From Mycobacteriales bacterium (GTDB lineage Bacteria; Actinomycetota; Actinomycetes; JAFAQI01): a stretch of DNA of 64,000 nucleotides. The stretch spans positions 27,504 through 91,503 of the forward strand of contig DASSEX010000028.1 in NCBI GenBank assembly GCA_035695045.1. The letters run 5' to 3'. Both the position numbers and the translations under genes were made by a program. Below the pieces are notes generated by a model, which saw only the letters and a list, made by a program, of their open reading frames with translations, searched no databases and had not been told where the DNA came from. Positions 16,108 to 23,829 of the stretch are shown here, one piece after another; the stretch's first letter is position 1; the number at the start of each line of letters is the position of its first letter.

Positions 16108-16983
16108 CTAGCGCGAGACGACGGTCCAGACCGCGGCCATGTCGTCGCGCCCGTGACCGGCCTCGGCGGCGTTCTTCATGTGCGTCGCAACCGCGTCGGC
16201 GACCCGCGCGTGCACACCGACGGCCGCGGCTGCCTCGACGATGAGCCGCGCGTCCTTGGCGGCGCCCTCGACCGGAAACGCCGGGGGGAACTCGCCACGC
16301 AGCATCGCGCCGCCCTTCACGTGGGCGTACTTCACGTCCAGTGGGCCGCCGTCGATGGTGTCGAGGAACAGCGTCGGGTCGACGCCGAGCCCGTCCGCCA
16401 GTGCGAGCGCTTCGGCCGTCGCGCTGGTCAGGGCGAGCACCCAGCTGTTGACGACGAGCTTCAGCCGGGTGCCCTGGCCGGCCTTGCCGAGCCACATGGT
16501 GCGCGAACCGACGGCGTCGAAGACGGGCTGCACCCGGTCCTTCAGCTCGTCGTCCCCGGACGCGAGTACGGTCAGCGCACCCTCCTCGGCGGGTTGCTTC
16601 GTGCCGAGCACGGGTGCGTCGACGTAGCGGATGCCGCGCTCCGCGGCGTACGACGCCAGCTTCTCGTTGCCCTCGAGGCCGACCGTTGACATCTGCAGCC
16701 AGATCGGCGACTCGTCGTCGGTGAACGGCCCTTCGTCACCCTCGACGACCGACGCGACGGCATCGACGTTCGCCAGCATCGTGATGACGACGTCGGCGCC
16801 CGCCGCGGCGTCGCGCGCCGACGTGCACACGGTCACCCCGTCGGCGGCGAGTGGCTGCGCCTTGTCGATCGTGCGGTTCCACGCGCGGACGTCGAAGCCC
16901 GCCTTCGCCAGGTTGCGCGCCATCGGCGCGCCCATGATCCCGGTTCCGAGCACCGCGATGGTCAGGGAGGTGTCGTCGCTCAT
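16108..16983 (-). CDS. NAD(P)-dependent beta-hydroxyacid dehydrogenase (3-hydroxyisobutyrate / 6-phosphogluconate dehydrogenase-like)
   Basis: 291 aa. Rossmann motif AVLGTGIMGAPMARNLAKAGFDV, then the DAPVLG...G and GQGTRLKLVVN family motifs. Confidence 0.85.
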   Translation of the reverse strand: MSDDTSLTIAVLGTGIMGAPMARNLAKAGFDVRAWNRTIDKAQPLAADGVTVCTSARDAAAGADVVITMLANVDAVASVVEGDEGPFTDDESPIWLQMSTVGLEGNEKLASYAAERGIRYVDAPVLGTKQPAEEGALTVLASGDDELKDRVQPVFDAVGSRTMWLGKAGQGTRLKLVVNSWVLALTSATAEALALADGLGVDPTLFLDTIDGGPLDVKYAHVKGGAMLRGEFPPAFPVEGAAKDARLIVEAAAAVGVHARVADAVATHMKNAAEAGHGRDDMAAVWTVVSR

Positions 16984-17041
16984 GTCTCTCTCTTACCGTC
17001 GGTGCGGCCGAGGCATGCGGGTCGATCAGTAAGGTCGCGCG

Positions 17042-17824
17042 ATGAGCGACTACCCCACCTCGATCGGCACGGCCGATGAGCACTCCATCACGCTGCTGGG
17101 CAAGGACCTGCCCGGTGAGCTGCTCGGTCAGATCGGTTTCGCCGAGCTCGCGTTCTGGCTCGTTGCGCTGCGTCGGCCCACTGCCAGGCAGCTGCGGATG
17201 TTCGAGGCCGTCCTCGTCGCGCTGGCCGACCACGGGTTCACGCCGACCGCGATCGCGGCGCGCCTGACGCTGCTCAGCGCCCCGGACTCGTTGCAGGGAG
17301 CGCTGGCGGCAGGCATCCTCGGCGGCGGCTCGCGCTTCCTCGGGGTGACGGAGGACGCCGGCATCTTCCTGGCCGGCGCGCTGATGCGTCGCGGCGATGC
17401 GCTCCCCGGCGATCCGGCCGGTTGGGACGACCTCGCTCGTGAGGTGGTGACCGAGACACGCGCGGCCGGCCGCTTCGTCCCGGGTCTGGGTCATCCGCTG
17501 CACAAGTCCGGTGACCCGCGGACGCCCGTGATCTACCGGATCGCCGACGAGGAGGGCGTGCGCGGCCCGCATCTCGAGCTGTTCGCTGCCATCGGCCGGG
17601 TGCATCCCGAGATCCTGGGTCGGACCCTTCCTCTCAATGGCGCCGGAGTCTGCGGCGCAGCCCTCGCCGACCTCGGCCTGCCACCGGAGCTCCTCCGGGG
17701 GTTCGCGCTGCTTGCGCGAACTGCCGGCCTGCTCGGTCATCTCGCGGAGGAGATGCGCCGGCCGATCGGCATGCAGGTCTACGACGCCGTGGACCGGTCG
17801 GCCCACTACCTCCCGCCGGGCTGA
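17042..17824 (+). CDS. short citrate-synthase-fold protein (citryl-CoA lyase-like)
   Basis: 260 aa. PGLGHPLHKSGDPR corresponds to the citrate synthase GFGHRVYK active-site segment. LADHGFTPTAIAAR and ARTAGLLGHLAEE match the C-terminal domain only. Confidence 0.7.
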   Translation: MSDYPTSIGTADEHSITLLGKDLPGELLGQIGFAELAFWLVALRRPTARQLRMFEAVLVALADHGFTPTAIAARLTLLSAPDSLQGALAAGILGGGSRFLGVTEDAGIFLAGALMRRGDALPGDPAGWDDLAREVVTETRAAGRFVPGLGHPLHKSGDPRTPVIYRIADEEGVRGPHLELFAAIGRVHPEILGRTLPLNGAGVCGAALADLGLPPELLRGFALLARTAGLLGHLAEEMRRPIGMQVYDAVDRSAHYLPPG

Positions 17825-17827
17825 CCG

Positions 17828-18601
17828 TCAGGTCGCGGTGCCGACCGCGACGACCTTGGTCGGTTGCGTCGGCACCTGGTCGGCCCGCTCGACGCTCATC
17901 GCGAAAGCGGCGGTGTCGTCGTAGGGGATCGCCAGTGACACAGAGCGGCCGGCCTTCGATGTTGCGATGTCGGGCAACGCCGTCACCGGCGTCGGCCTGC
18001 CGTCGCGTGGCATCTGCCAGAGCACATACACGTGCGACGCATCGAGTGCGGGCATCGCCGTCGGCACGACTGAGGCTGATCCGCCTCGGACGAGGACGTC
18101 TCCCGCTTCGACCTTGCCCTCGGCGAGCAGCCGGACGACATGGCATCCGGGGCTGCTCTTGCACGCCGCGACCGCGCTCGGCACGCCGCCGGAGCCGTGG
18201 GATCGGCTCGTGACCTGCCAGCCGGCGACTCCGATGCCGATGAGGCCGACGACCGCAGCCGCTGCCGCGAGCAGCCGGGCGTGTCGCCTCCGCATCTGCA
18301 GCACGACACCGTCCGCCGGCGGCGCAGGCGAGGGTTGCGGCTGTCGGGACTCGGAGCGGTCCGGCGCTGTCGCGATGACCGGGCGGATGCGTGACCACGG
18401 CGGCGCCGCCGTCGCCGCGTCGTCAGCGAGCGATGCGAGCTGGGCCGCCACGAGTGAGTGGTCGTCGAGGGTCTGCTGGCAGGTCTGGCAGCCGGCGAGG
18501 TGGCTCGTGAAGATGGCCTCGTCGTCGGGTTCGAGCGCGTGCAAGGCGTACCCCGCCGCCAGCTCCGCCCAGTGGGCGTCGTCGTGCGAAGCGCCGCTCA
18601 T
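17828..18601 (-). CDS. anti-sigma factor (zf-HC2 N-terminus, single TM, RskA-like extracytoplasmic domain)
   Basis: 257 aa. HLAGCQTCQQ (H-x3-C-x2-C), TM helix LLAAAAAVVGLIGIGVAGW, and a C-terminal YVLWQMPRDGRPTPV pattern. Its ATG overlaps the sigma gene stop (ATGA at 18598-18601). Confidence 0.8.
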   Translation of the reverse strand: MSGASHDDAHWAELAAGYALHALEPDDEAIFTSHLAGCQTCQQTLDDHSLVAAQLASLADDAATAAPPWSRIRPVIATAPDRSESRQPQPSPAPPADGVVLQMRRRHARLLAAAAAVVGLIGIGVAGWQVTSRSHGSGGVPSAVAACKSSPGCHVVRLLAEGKVEAGDVLVRGGSASVVPTAMPALDASHVYVLWQMPRDGRPTPVTALPDIATSKAGRSVSLAIPYDDTAAFAMSVERADQVPTQPTKVVAVGTAT

Positions 18602-19185
18602 GACCGCCCTCCTTCGGCAGGGTCGTCGCCTTCGATGCCGGCCAGCCGGTCGCGCATTCGTCGCATCGCGCCGAGGGTGCGGCTCTTGACCGTCCCGAGA
18701 GGCAGACCGGTCATGTCGGCGATCTCGCGCTGCGTGTAGCCGCCGTAGTAGGCGAGCAGCAGCACCTCACGCTGCTCGGCCGGCAGAGTGCGCAGCGCCT
18801 CGCGAGTGCGCTCAGCACGCCACCGGGCCCATGCCTCGTCGTCCGGCCCCGGTCCTGCGGCGGCCTTCTCGAGCAGGGCCTGGTCGCTGGCGATACGCCG
18901 CCGCCGGTTGCCCTCACGCCGGACCGAGTCGACGGCCTTGTGGTGCGTCATCGACAGCAGCCAGGTGCTGACGGCGCCACGGCGAGGGTCGTATCCGGTG
19001 CCCTGCCAGAGCGCGAGGAACACCTGCTGTACGACGTCCTCGGCGAGCTGGGCGTCGTCGATGATGCGTCGGGCGAGGCGGTAGCAGGCTCCGCCGTACC
19101 GCTCGTAGAGCGTCTCGATGGCAGATTCGTCGCCGGTGCCCACACGTTGCAGCAGCACGGCATCTTCGAGCGCCGCGGGGCTCAT
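18598..19185 (-). CDS. ECF RNA polymerase sigma factor (SigK-like)
   Basis: Start ATG at 19185 follows AAGGAGAGCG. It has region 2 (DVVQQVFLALWQ, STWLLSMTHHKAVD) and region 4 (LLLAYYGGYTQREIADMTGLPLGTVKSRTLGAMRRMR). Confidence 0.85.
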   Translation of the reverse strand: MSPAALEDAVLLQRVGTGDESAIETLYERYGGACYRLARRIIDDAQLAEDVVQQVFLALWQGTGYDPRRGAVSTWLLSMTHHKAVDSVRREGNRRRRIASDQALLEKAAAGPGPDDEAWARWRAERTREALRTLPAEQREVLLLAYYGGYTQREIADMTGLPLGTVKSRTLGAMRRMRDRLAGIEGDDPAEGGRS

Positions 19186-19228
19186 GGCGTCGCTCTCCTT
19201 CCGCATCGATCGGGTCCGCATGCAACAT

Positions 19229-19270
19229 GTTCGCCCCCGGAAGCGAAACGGATCGCTTCCGGGGGCGAAC
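19229..19270 (-). terminator. perfect 18-bp stem hairpin upstream of the sigma gene
   Basis: gttcgcccccggaagcga (19229-19246) pairs exactly with tcgcttccgggggcgaac (19253-19270), with a 6-nt loop. It lies 43 nt upstream of the sigma start codon and 95 nt after the lipoprotein stop. Confidence 0.55.
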
Positions 19271-19305
19271 GGTGGCGCATGGCGCCGGCGCGGGGGGCCG
19301 GCAGC

Positions 19306-19349
19306 CAATCGCCACATGTCGGCCATCTATGGCCGGGATATGGCGATTG
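19306..19349 (-). terminator. 44-nt imperfect palindrome just after the lipoprotein stop
   Basis: Structure is caatcgcca-catgt-cggccat-ct-atggccg-ggata-tggcgattg: a 9-bp outer stem, a 5x5 internal loop and a 7-bp inner palindrome. It starts 16 nt after the stop at 19365. Confidence 0.5.
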
Positions 19350-19364
19350 ACCGGGGCGCTGCGG

Positions 19365-20624
19365 TCAGGAGGAGAAGGTGCCGGGCTTCGCCGCCGCGAT
19401 CGCCTTCGCCAGTGCGGCAGCCGTTCCCGGCATGTGCATCTCCGCCATCGCGAGCTGGTGCGCTGCGTCGGCCTGGCCACCCACGATGGCGTCGATCGCC
19501 GCCTCGAGCGTCTGGACGTGGCCGACCAGCTCGGTCGCGACCTGGTCGGACGTCAGGCCGTTGTTCGTCGCGGCAGCGATGAAGTCACCGAAGTCGCGGC
19601 GGTAGCCGTCGAGCTCCTTGTTGGCCTTCGCCTTCAAAGCGGCGTCCTTGCCGACCACGCCCTTCGTGTAGTCGACGAAGAAGCCGATGTGCGCGTTCCA
19701 CAGGTCGAGGAACTTCTGCTGCGCGTCGGTGCCGTAGATCTGACCGATCGCCGCACCGAGGGCGTTCGTGTTGGCCGTGAGCGCCTTGATGGCGCCCTTC
19801 GTCTGCGGCGACGTGAGGCTGCCCGTCTGCACCACCGTCTCGATGACGATGCCGGTCTGCGCGACGTGCTGGGTGAGTAGGCCAGTGAGGCCGGCCCGCA
19901 GGCCGCTGCCTGCGCCGTCGGCCTTGCCCGGCAGGTTCTTCGCCGAGGCGATGCCGCCGGCAAGCGCGGCGGCGGTGCCGTCCATGTGGTCGGCGGCCAT
20001 AGAGATCTTCGTCGCCGCGTTCGGGCTCTTCGCCACGATTGCGTCGATCGCAGCCTCGAGGGTCTGGACGTGACCGGTGAGCTCCTGTGCGACGGCGTCC
20101 GCCGGGAGCTTGCCGCCGGTGGCCTTGTCGATGAAGGCGCCGAACTCGGTGCGGTAGCCGTCGAGCTGCTTGTTCGCCTTCGTCTTCAGAGCTGCGCTGT
20201 GGGTCAGGTCGCCCTTGATGTAGGTGACGAAGAAGCCGATGTGCGCGTTCCACAGGTCGAGGAACTGCTTCTTGGCCGCATCGCCGTAGAGCTGCCCGAT
20301 CGCGTCACCGAGGTCGTTGGTGTTCTGCTGCAAGGCGGCGACAGATCCCTTGACCTGCGGGTCGTCGAGGCTGCCCTTTGCCACCAGGTCCTGCACGACG
20401 AAGGCAGTGAGGTCGACGTGCTGGCGCAGGAGTGCGTCGAGTCCCGCTCGCAGCTGTGCGGCTGCAGTGTCCGTCACCGGGCTTGCAGGCGCGCTCGCAC
20501 TGCTCGGCGGTGCGTTCTTGGTGGTGGCGGTGTCGCCGCCCGAACTGCTGCCTCCGCAGGCCGTCGCGGCCAGCGCGACAGCCGTCAGGCCGAGTGCGCT
20601 CTTGGTGAGCAGGTTGAGCTTCAC
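19365..20624 (-). CDS. lipoprotein with two tandem ~180-aa helical repeats, unknown function
   Basis: 419 aa. Lipobox LAATAC. Two paralogous halves share FLDLWNAHIGFFV.Y.KG, ALK.KANK.LDGYR..FG.FI and EL.GHVQTLEAAIDAIV. A 39-nt stretch is identical at 19676-19714 and 20228-20266. Confidence 0.8.
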   Translation of the reverse strand: MKLNLLTKSALGLTAVALAATACGGSSSGGDTATTKNAPPSSASAPASPVTDTAAAQLRAGLDALLRQHVDLTAFVVQDLVAKGSLDDPQVKGSVAALQQNTNDLGDAIGQLYGDAAKKQFLDLWNAHIGFFVTYIKGDLTHSAALKTKANKQLDGYRTEFGAFIDKATGGKLPADAVAQELTGHVQTLEAAIDAIVAKSPNAATKISMAADHMDGTAAALAGGIASAKNLPGKADGAGSGLRAGLTGLLTQHVAQTGIVIETVVQTGSLTSPQTKGAIKALTANTNALGAAIGQIYGTDAQQKFLDLWNAHIGFFVDYTKGVVGKDAALKAKANKELDGYRRDFGDFIAAATNNGLTSDQVATELVGHVQTLEAAIDAIVGGQADAAHQLAMAEMHMPGTAAALAKAIAAAKPGTFSS

Positions 20625-20660
20625 GGTGCTTCCTTTCCGGGGCAGGGGAACGCGCGTCGC

Positions 20661-21080
20661 CTAGTGGACGACGAGCTCGCCGGTCATGCCGGCCTTGCTG
20701 TGGAACGTGCAGACAAAGCGGTAGACGCCGGGCCGTAGATCGTGCAGCCGCACCAAAGTCGTGGGTGCACTGCCGATCGATGTGCCGACAGTTCTCGACG
20801 TGACGTGCAGCTGCGGGAACGAGATGTTGTGCGGATAGGAACCGGATGCCACGAGACGCAACGTCACATCGCCGACTGTCGCGGTGACATGAGGCGGCGA
20901 GAAGCGGAAGGCATCGTTGGCGGTCACGGTGATGACGTGAGAGCTCGCCGCCGCCGGCGTGCGCTGGTTCGACGTGCTGTTCCCGCAACCGGCGGCGGCG
21001 AGGAGAAGCCCCACGAGGGCAAGGTGTCGCTTCACGGGCCGTTGTTCGTCGTTGCCGCGCAGCTGGATCGACCGAACCAA
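20661..21080 (-). CDS. cupredoxin (plastocyanin/amicyanin-like) lipoprotein
   Basis: Lipobox LLLAAAGC. Type-1 Cu ligand pattern YPHNISF ... YRFVCTFHSKAGMTGELVV. The start is uncertain: TTG at 21080 or GTG at 21035. Confidence 0.75.
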   Translation of the reverse strand: MVRSIQLRGNDEQRPVKRHLALVGLLLAAAGCGNSTSNQRTPAAASSHVITVTANDAFRFSPPHVTATVGDVTLRLVASGSYPHNISFPQLHVTSRTVGTSIGSAPTTLVRLHDLRPGVYRFVCTFHSKAGMTGELVVH

Positions 21081-21106
21081 AACGTGTTCTTCGTCGAACT
21101 GCTGTC

Positions 21107-21550
21107 ATGTCCCTGAACTCGGCAGCTCGCGCAACGCGAGCGCTCGCCGTGCTGACGATCGGTGCCGGGCTCGCGCACGTGCCGGTGACTGCCGAGCATC
21201 TTCGAGAGGCGCCGTACGTCGGCGTTTCCTTCGTCGTCTTCGCCGTCGTTGCCGTTGCGTTGGGCGGCTACCTGTGGTGGCGGCCCGCCAGTCGCCGCGG
21301 CGTCGACCTCGCCGCTGTGCTGTGTGCGGCTGCAGTTGTCACGTACGCCGCGACGCGCCTCGTTGCGTTTCCCCAGATCGCCGACGACGTCGGCAACTGG
21401 GCCGACCCATGGGGTGTCGTCTCGGTGACGCTGGAGGCGCTGGCAGTCGTCGCCTCGGCGGTCAGCCGCCGTGCCGTTGCGGTCGCTTCGCCGCGCGCGC
21501 GTGTGGTGCCGGCGGCGGACTCAGGAGTGCCGCGGCGCGCTGTCGCGTGA
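21107..21550 (+). CDS. small integral membrane protein, unknown function
   Basis: 147 aa, 4 predicted TM helices. It has a conserved-looking His pair (AHVPVTAEHL) and is divergent from the cupredoxin gene. Its tail overlaps the convergent gene by 89 nt, so the real 3' end and its coding status are less certain. Confidence 0.5.
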   Translation: MSLNSAARATRALAVLTIGAGLAHVPVTAEHLREAPYVGVSFVVFAVVAVALGGYLWWRPASRRGVDLAAVLCAAAVVTYAATRLVAFPQIADDVGNWADPWGVVSVTLEALAVVASAVSRRAVAVASPRARVVPAADSGVPRRAVA

Positions 21551-21848
21551 CGCCGAACAACTGGGCGATGCGCTCGTGGCTGAGCCCTTCGGCACGGAGC
21601 TGGTGCGCTTCGGCGCGGCGTACTTCGGCGGCGGCGTCGGACAGGGCGTCGAGCAGCTCGGTCATTCGCGTGATGATCAGCGGGCGCGGCTCGGCGGCGA
21701 CGAACTCCGACATCACGACTCCGCTCGCGACGCGGTCACGGGTCTGCTCGGCCCGCTCGGCCAGCGCCGTGATCTCCTCCTGGGCCTGGCGCAGGGACCG
21801 GACGAGAGCATCGAACGCCGCGACCGTGCGGGCCGTCTCTGCGTTCAC
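21462..21848 (-). CDS. small helix-turn-helix DNA-binding protein
   Basis: 128 aa. GTG at 21848 follows GGAGAG. The C-terminal LSHERIAQLFGVTRQRAAALL is a sigma-70 region-4 / HTH-like segment. Tandem palindromes lie upstream. Confidence 0.55.
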   Translation of the reverse strand: MNAETARTVAAFDALVRSLRQAQEEITALAERAEQTRDRVASGVVMSEFVAAEPRPLIITRMTELLDALSDAAAEVRRAEAHQLRAEGLSHERIAQLFGVTRQRAAALLSPPPAPHARAAKRPQRHGG

Positions 21849-21890
21849 CGGGGCTCTCCAGTCGAAGACCCGCGCCCGGGATCAGGAGAC

Positions 21891-21920
21891 GCAATCGCTA
21901 TTGCGGCAATCGCTATTGCG
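21891..21920. promoter_or_regulatory. two tandem copies of a 15-nt unit containing the palindrome GCAAT-N4-ATTGC
   Basis: gcaatcgctattgcg is repeated exactly at 21891-21905 and 21906-21920, 43-72 nt upstream of the HTH gene start. This looks like an operator. Confidence 0.5.
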
Positions 21921-21987
21921 TAGCCGCGGACTCCGACGGTAGCGGGTTGCGGGCCGGCGCTGCAGGAAAATGATCACACCCGTTCGG

Positions 21988-22060
21988 TGCCCCCGGCAGG
22001 ATTCGAACCTGCGGCACACGGTTTAGGAAACCGTTGCTCTATCCCCTGAGCTACGAGGGC
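21988..22060 (-). tRNA. tRNA-Arg (anticodon CCT)
   Basis: Reverse complement is GCCCTCGTAGCTCAGGGGATAGAGCAACGGTTTCCTAAACCGTGTGCCGCAGGTTCGAATCCTGCCGGGGGCA. It folds as a cloverleaf with a 7-bp acceptor stem, anticodon stem ACGGT/ACCGT, loop TTCCTAA and a GGTTCGAATCC T-arm. CCA is not encoded. Confidence 0.9.
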
Positions 22061-22249
22061 TATGGCCGGAAGAGATTCTCCCGGCCGCTGCCAGGCTACG
22101 GGTGCCCTGCACTTCCCGCCCGGGTCCGGGCGCCCCCGTCCCGTGCGGCGCGGGTCGGAGGAACCGCGACGTCGTGACGGCCGAACGGCTGCTTATGGCA
22201 GGGCCTAAGCCCCTGGTCTGCCGGGACTACTGCCGCCGACGATCCAGGG

Positions 22250-23365
22250 GTGACACGGGGTGTCGTGGACGTCGAGGGGCTGGGTGCACTCATCGCCCTG
22301 CTCTGCGCCGACGGCTACACCGTGATCGGCCCGGTGGTCCGCGACGGCACCGTGGTGCCGACGCCGGTGACGTCGCTGAGCGAGATGGCCCGCGGCGTGG
22401 TCGACCACCAGGGGCCGGGCACGTACCGGCTCCACGCGGACGGCGACCTCCTCTTCGGCTACGCGGCGGCCGCCACGGGTTGGAAGCGCTACCTGTTTCC
22501 TGCTCACCGGCCGTTGTGGCGCTACGACCGCAACGGCAGTCCAACCACGGCCGCCCAGCCCATCATCCGACAGGCGCTGTTCGGGGTGCGGTCCTGCGAC
22601 CTGCATGCCCTGCAGGTGCTGGACACGGTGCTGGCCGGTCGCCGCTATGTCGACGCCGACTACGCCGCGCGTCGCGCCGCCACGTTCGTCGTCGCCGTCA
22701 CGTGCGCGCATCCGGCTGCGACCTGCTTCTGCGCGTCGATGAGCACCGGGCCCGCGCCGCAGGACGGCTTCGACCTGCTGATCACCGAGCTCGTCGGCGA
22801 GCGCGGTCATCGGTTCCTCGTGGAGTCAGGTACGCCTCTCGGTCGGGCGGTGCTCGAGCGACTGCCGGCTGCCCCCGCTACGCCGGGGGACGACGCTGAT
22901 GTCGCCACGTGCGTGTCTGCGTCGGTCGCGACGATGGAACGTGTCGTCGACACCGAGGGGATCCGCGACCTGCTCTACGCGAGCGCCAACAGCCCGCGCT
23001 GGGACGACGTGGCGGCGCGATGCCTCAGCTGCACCAACTGCACGCTCGTCTGTCCGACGTGTTTCTGCTTCACCACCGAGGATGTCGTCGGACTCAGCGG
23101 CGCCGACGGGCGCGACCGTATGTGGGACTCGTGCTTCAACGCCGACCACTCGCTGCTGCACGGTGGCGCCGTACGCCGGTCGACCCGCGCCAGGTACCGG
23201 CAGTGGGTGACGCACAAGTTCGGCTCGTGGATCGACCAGTTCGGCGTCAGCGGCTGCGTCGGGTGTGGCCGCTGCATCGCCTGGTGTCCGGCCGGCATCG
23301 ACGTGACCGAGGAGCTCGCCGCGATCCGCGCGGCCGCAGAGCAGACAGCGGAGGACGCGCCATGA
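22250..23365 (+). CDS. hyhB: group 3b-type [NiFe] hydrogenase beta subunit (AsrA/HydB-like 4Fe-4S protein)
   Basis: 371 aa. Cys clusters CAHPAATCFC, CLSCTNCTLVCPTCFC and CVGCGRCIAWCP. The stop overlaps the next ATG (ATGA at 23362-23365). The exact start (GTG at 22250 or 22265) is uncertain. Confidence 0.75.
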   Translation: MTRGVVDVEGLGALIALLCADGYTVIGPVVRDGTVVPTPVTSLSEMARGVVDHQGPGTYRLHADGDLLFGYAAAATGWKRYLFPAHRPLWRYDRNGSPTTAAQPIIRQALFGVRSCDLHALQVLDTVLAGRRYVDADYAARRAATFVVAVTCAHPAATCFCASMSTGPAPQDGFDLLITELVGERGHRFLVESGTPLGRAVLERLPAAPATPGDDADVATCVSASVATMERVVDTEGIRDLLYASANSPRWDDVAARCLSCTNCTLVCPTCFCFTTEDVVGLSGADGRDRMWDSCFNADHSLLHGGAVRRSTRARYRQWVTHKFGSWIDQFGVSGCVGCGRCIAWCPAGIDVTEELAAIRAAAEQTAEDAP

Positions 23366-23829
23366 AACAGCTGGACGAGCTGCTCGCCGACCACCCGCTC
23401 TTCGCAGACCTGGGCGACGACATGCGCCGCGTCCTTGCCGGATGCGGCCGTAACGAGCATTTCGGCGCAGGCAACTATCTGTTCCGCACGGGCGACCCGG
23501 CCGCCCGCTGCTACGTCGTCAGGCATGGCAGGGTCGCCCTCGAGCTGGTCGACGCCGGCGGGCGACCTGTCGTCGTCGACACCGTCGACCCCGGTGGCAT
23601 CGCCGGTCTGTCCTGGCTGGTGCCGCCGTACCGGTGGTACCTCGACGCGCGAGCACTCGAGTCGACGAGCGCGATCGCGCTCGACGCGTCGTGCCTGCGC
23701 GCGAAATGTGACGCGGACCCGGCCATCGGCTATCTGCTGATGCAGCGGATCGCACGTGAGATGTACGGCCGCATGCAGTCGGCGCGGTTGCGGATGCTCG
23801 ACATCTACGGGGCCCCCGTTGACCACTGA
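23362..23829 (+). CDS. cyclic-nucleotide-binding domain protein (no DNA-binding domain)
   Basis: 155 aa. Crp/cNMP beta-roll pattern LFADL...YLFRTGDPAARCYVVRHGRVALELV...GGIAGLSWL...DARALESTSAIALD. It is embedded by overlaps between hyhB and hyhG. Confidence 0.7.
   Translation: MKQLDELLADHPLFADLGDDMRRVLAGCGRNEHFGAGNYLFRTGDPAARCYVVRHGRVALELVDAGGRPVVVDTVDPGGIAGLSWLVPPYRWYLDARALESTSAIALDASCLRAKCDADPAIGYLLMQRIAREMYGRMQSARLRMLDIYGAPVDH

Noticed and set aside
21891-21920. Tandem repeat as a CRISPR or minisatellite
   Set aside because: There are only two abutting 15-nt copies, with no spacers and no cas genes. It is better explained as a double operator.
21850-22250. tRNA-Arg as an integration site for a genomic island (hydrogenase or cupredoxin region)
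   Set aside because: I saw no integrase, excisionase or transposase, no direct repeat of the tRNA 3' end, and no compositional break on either side.
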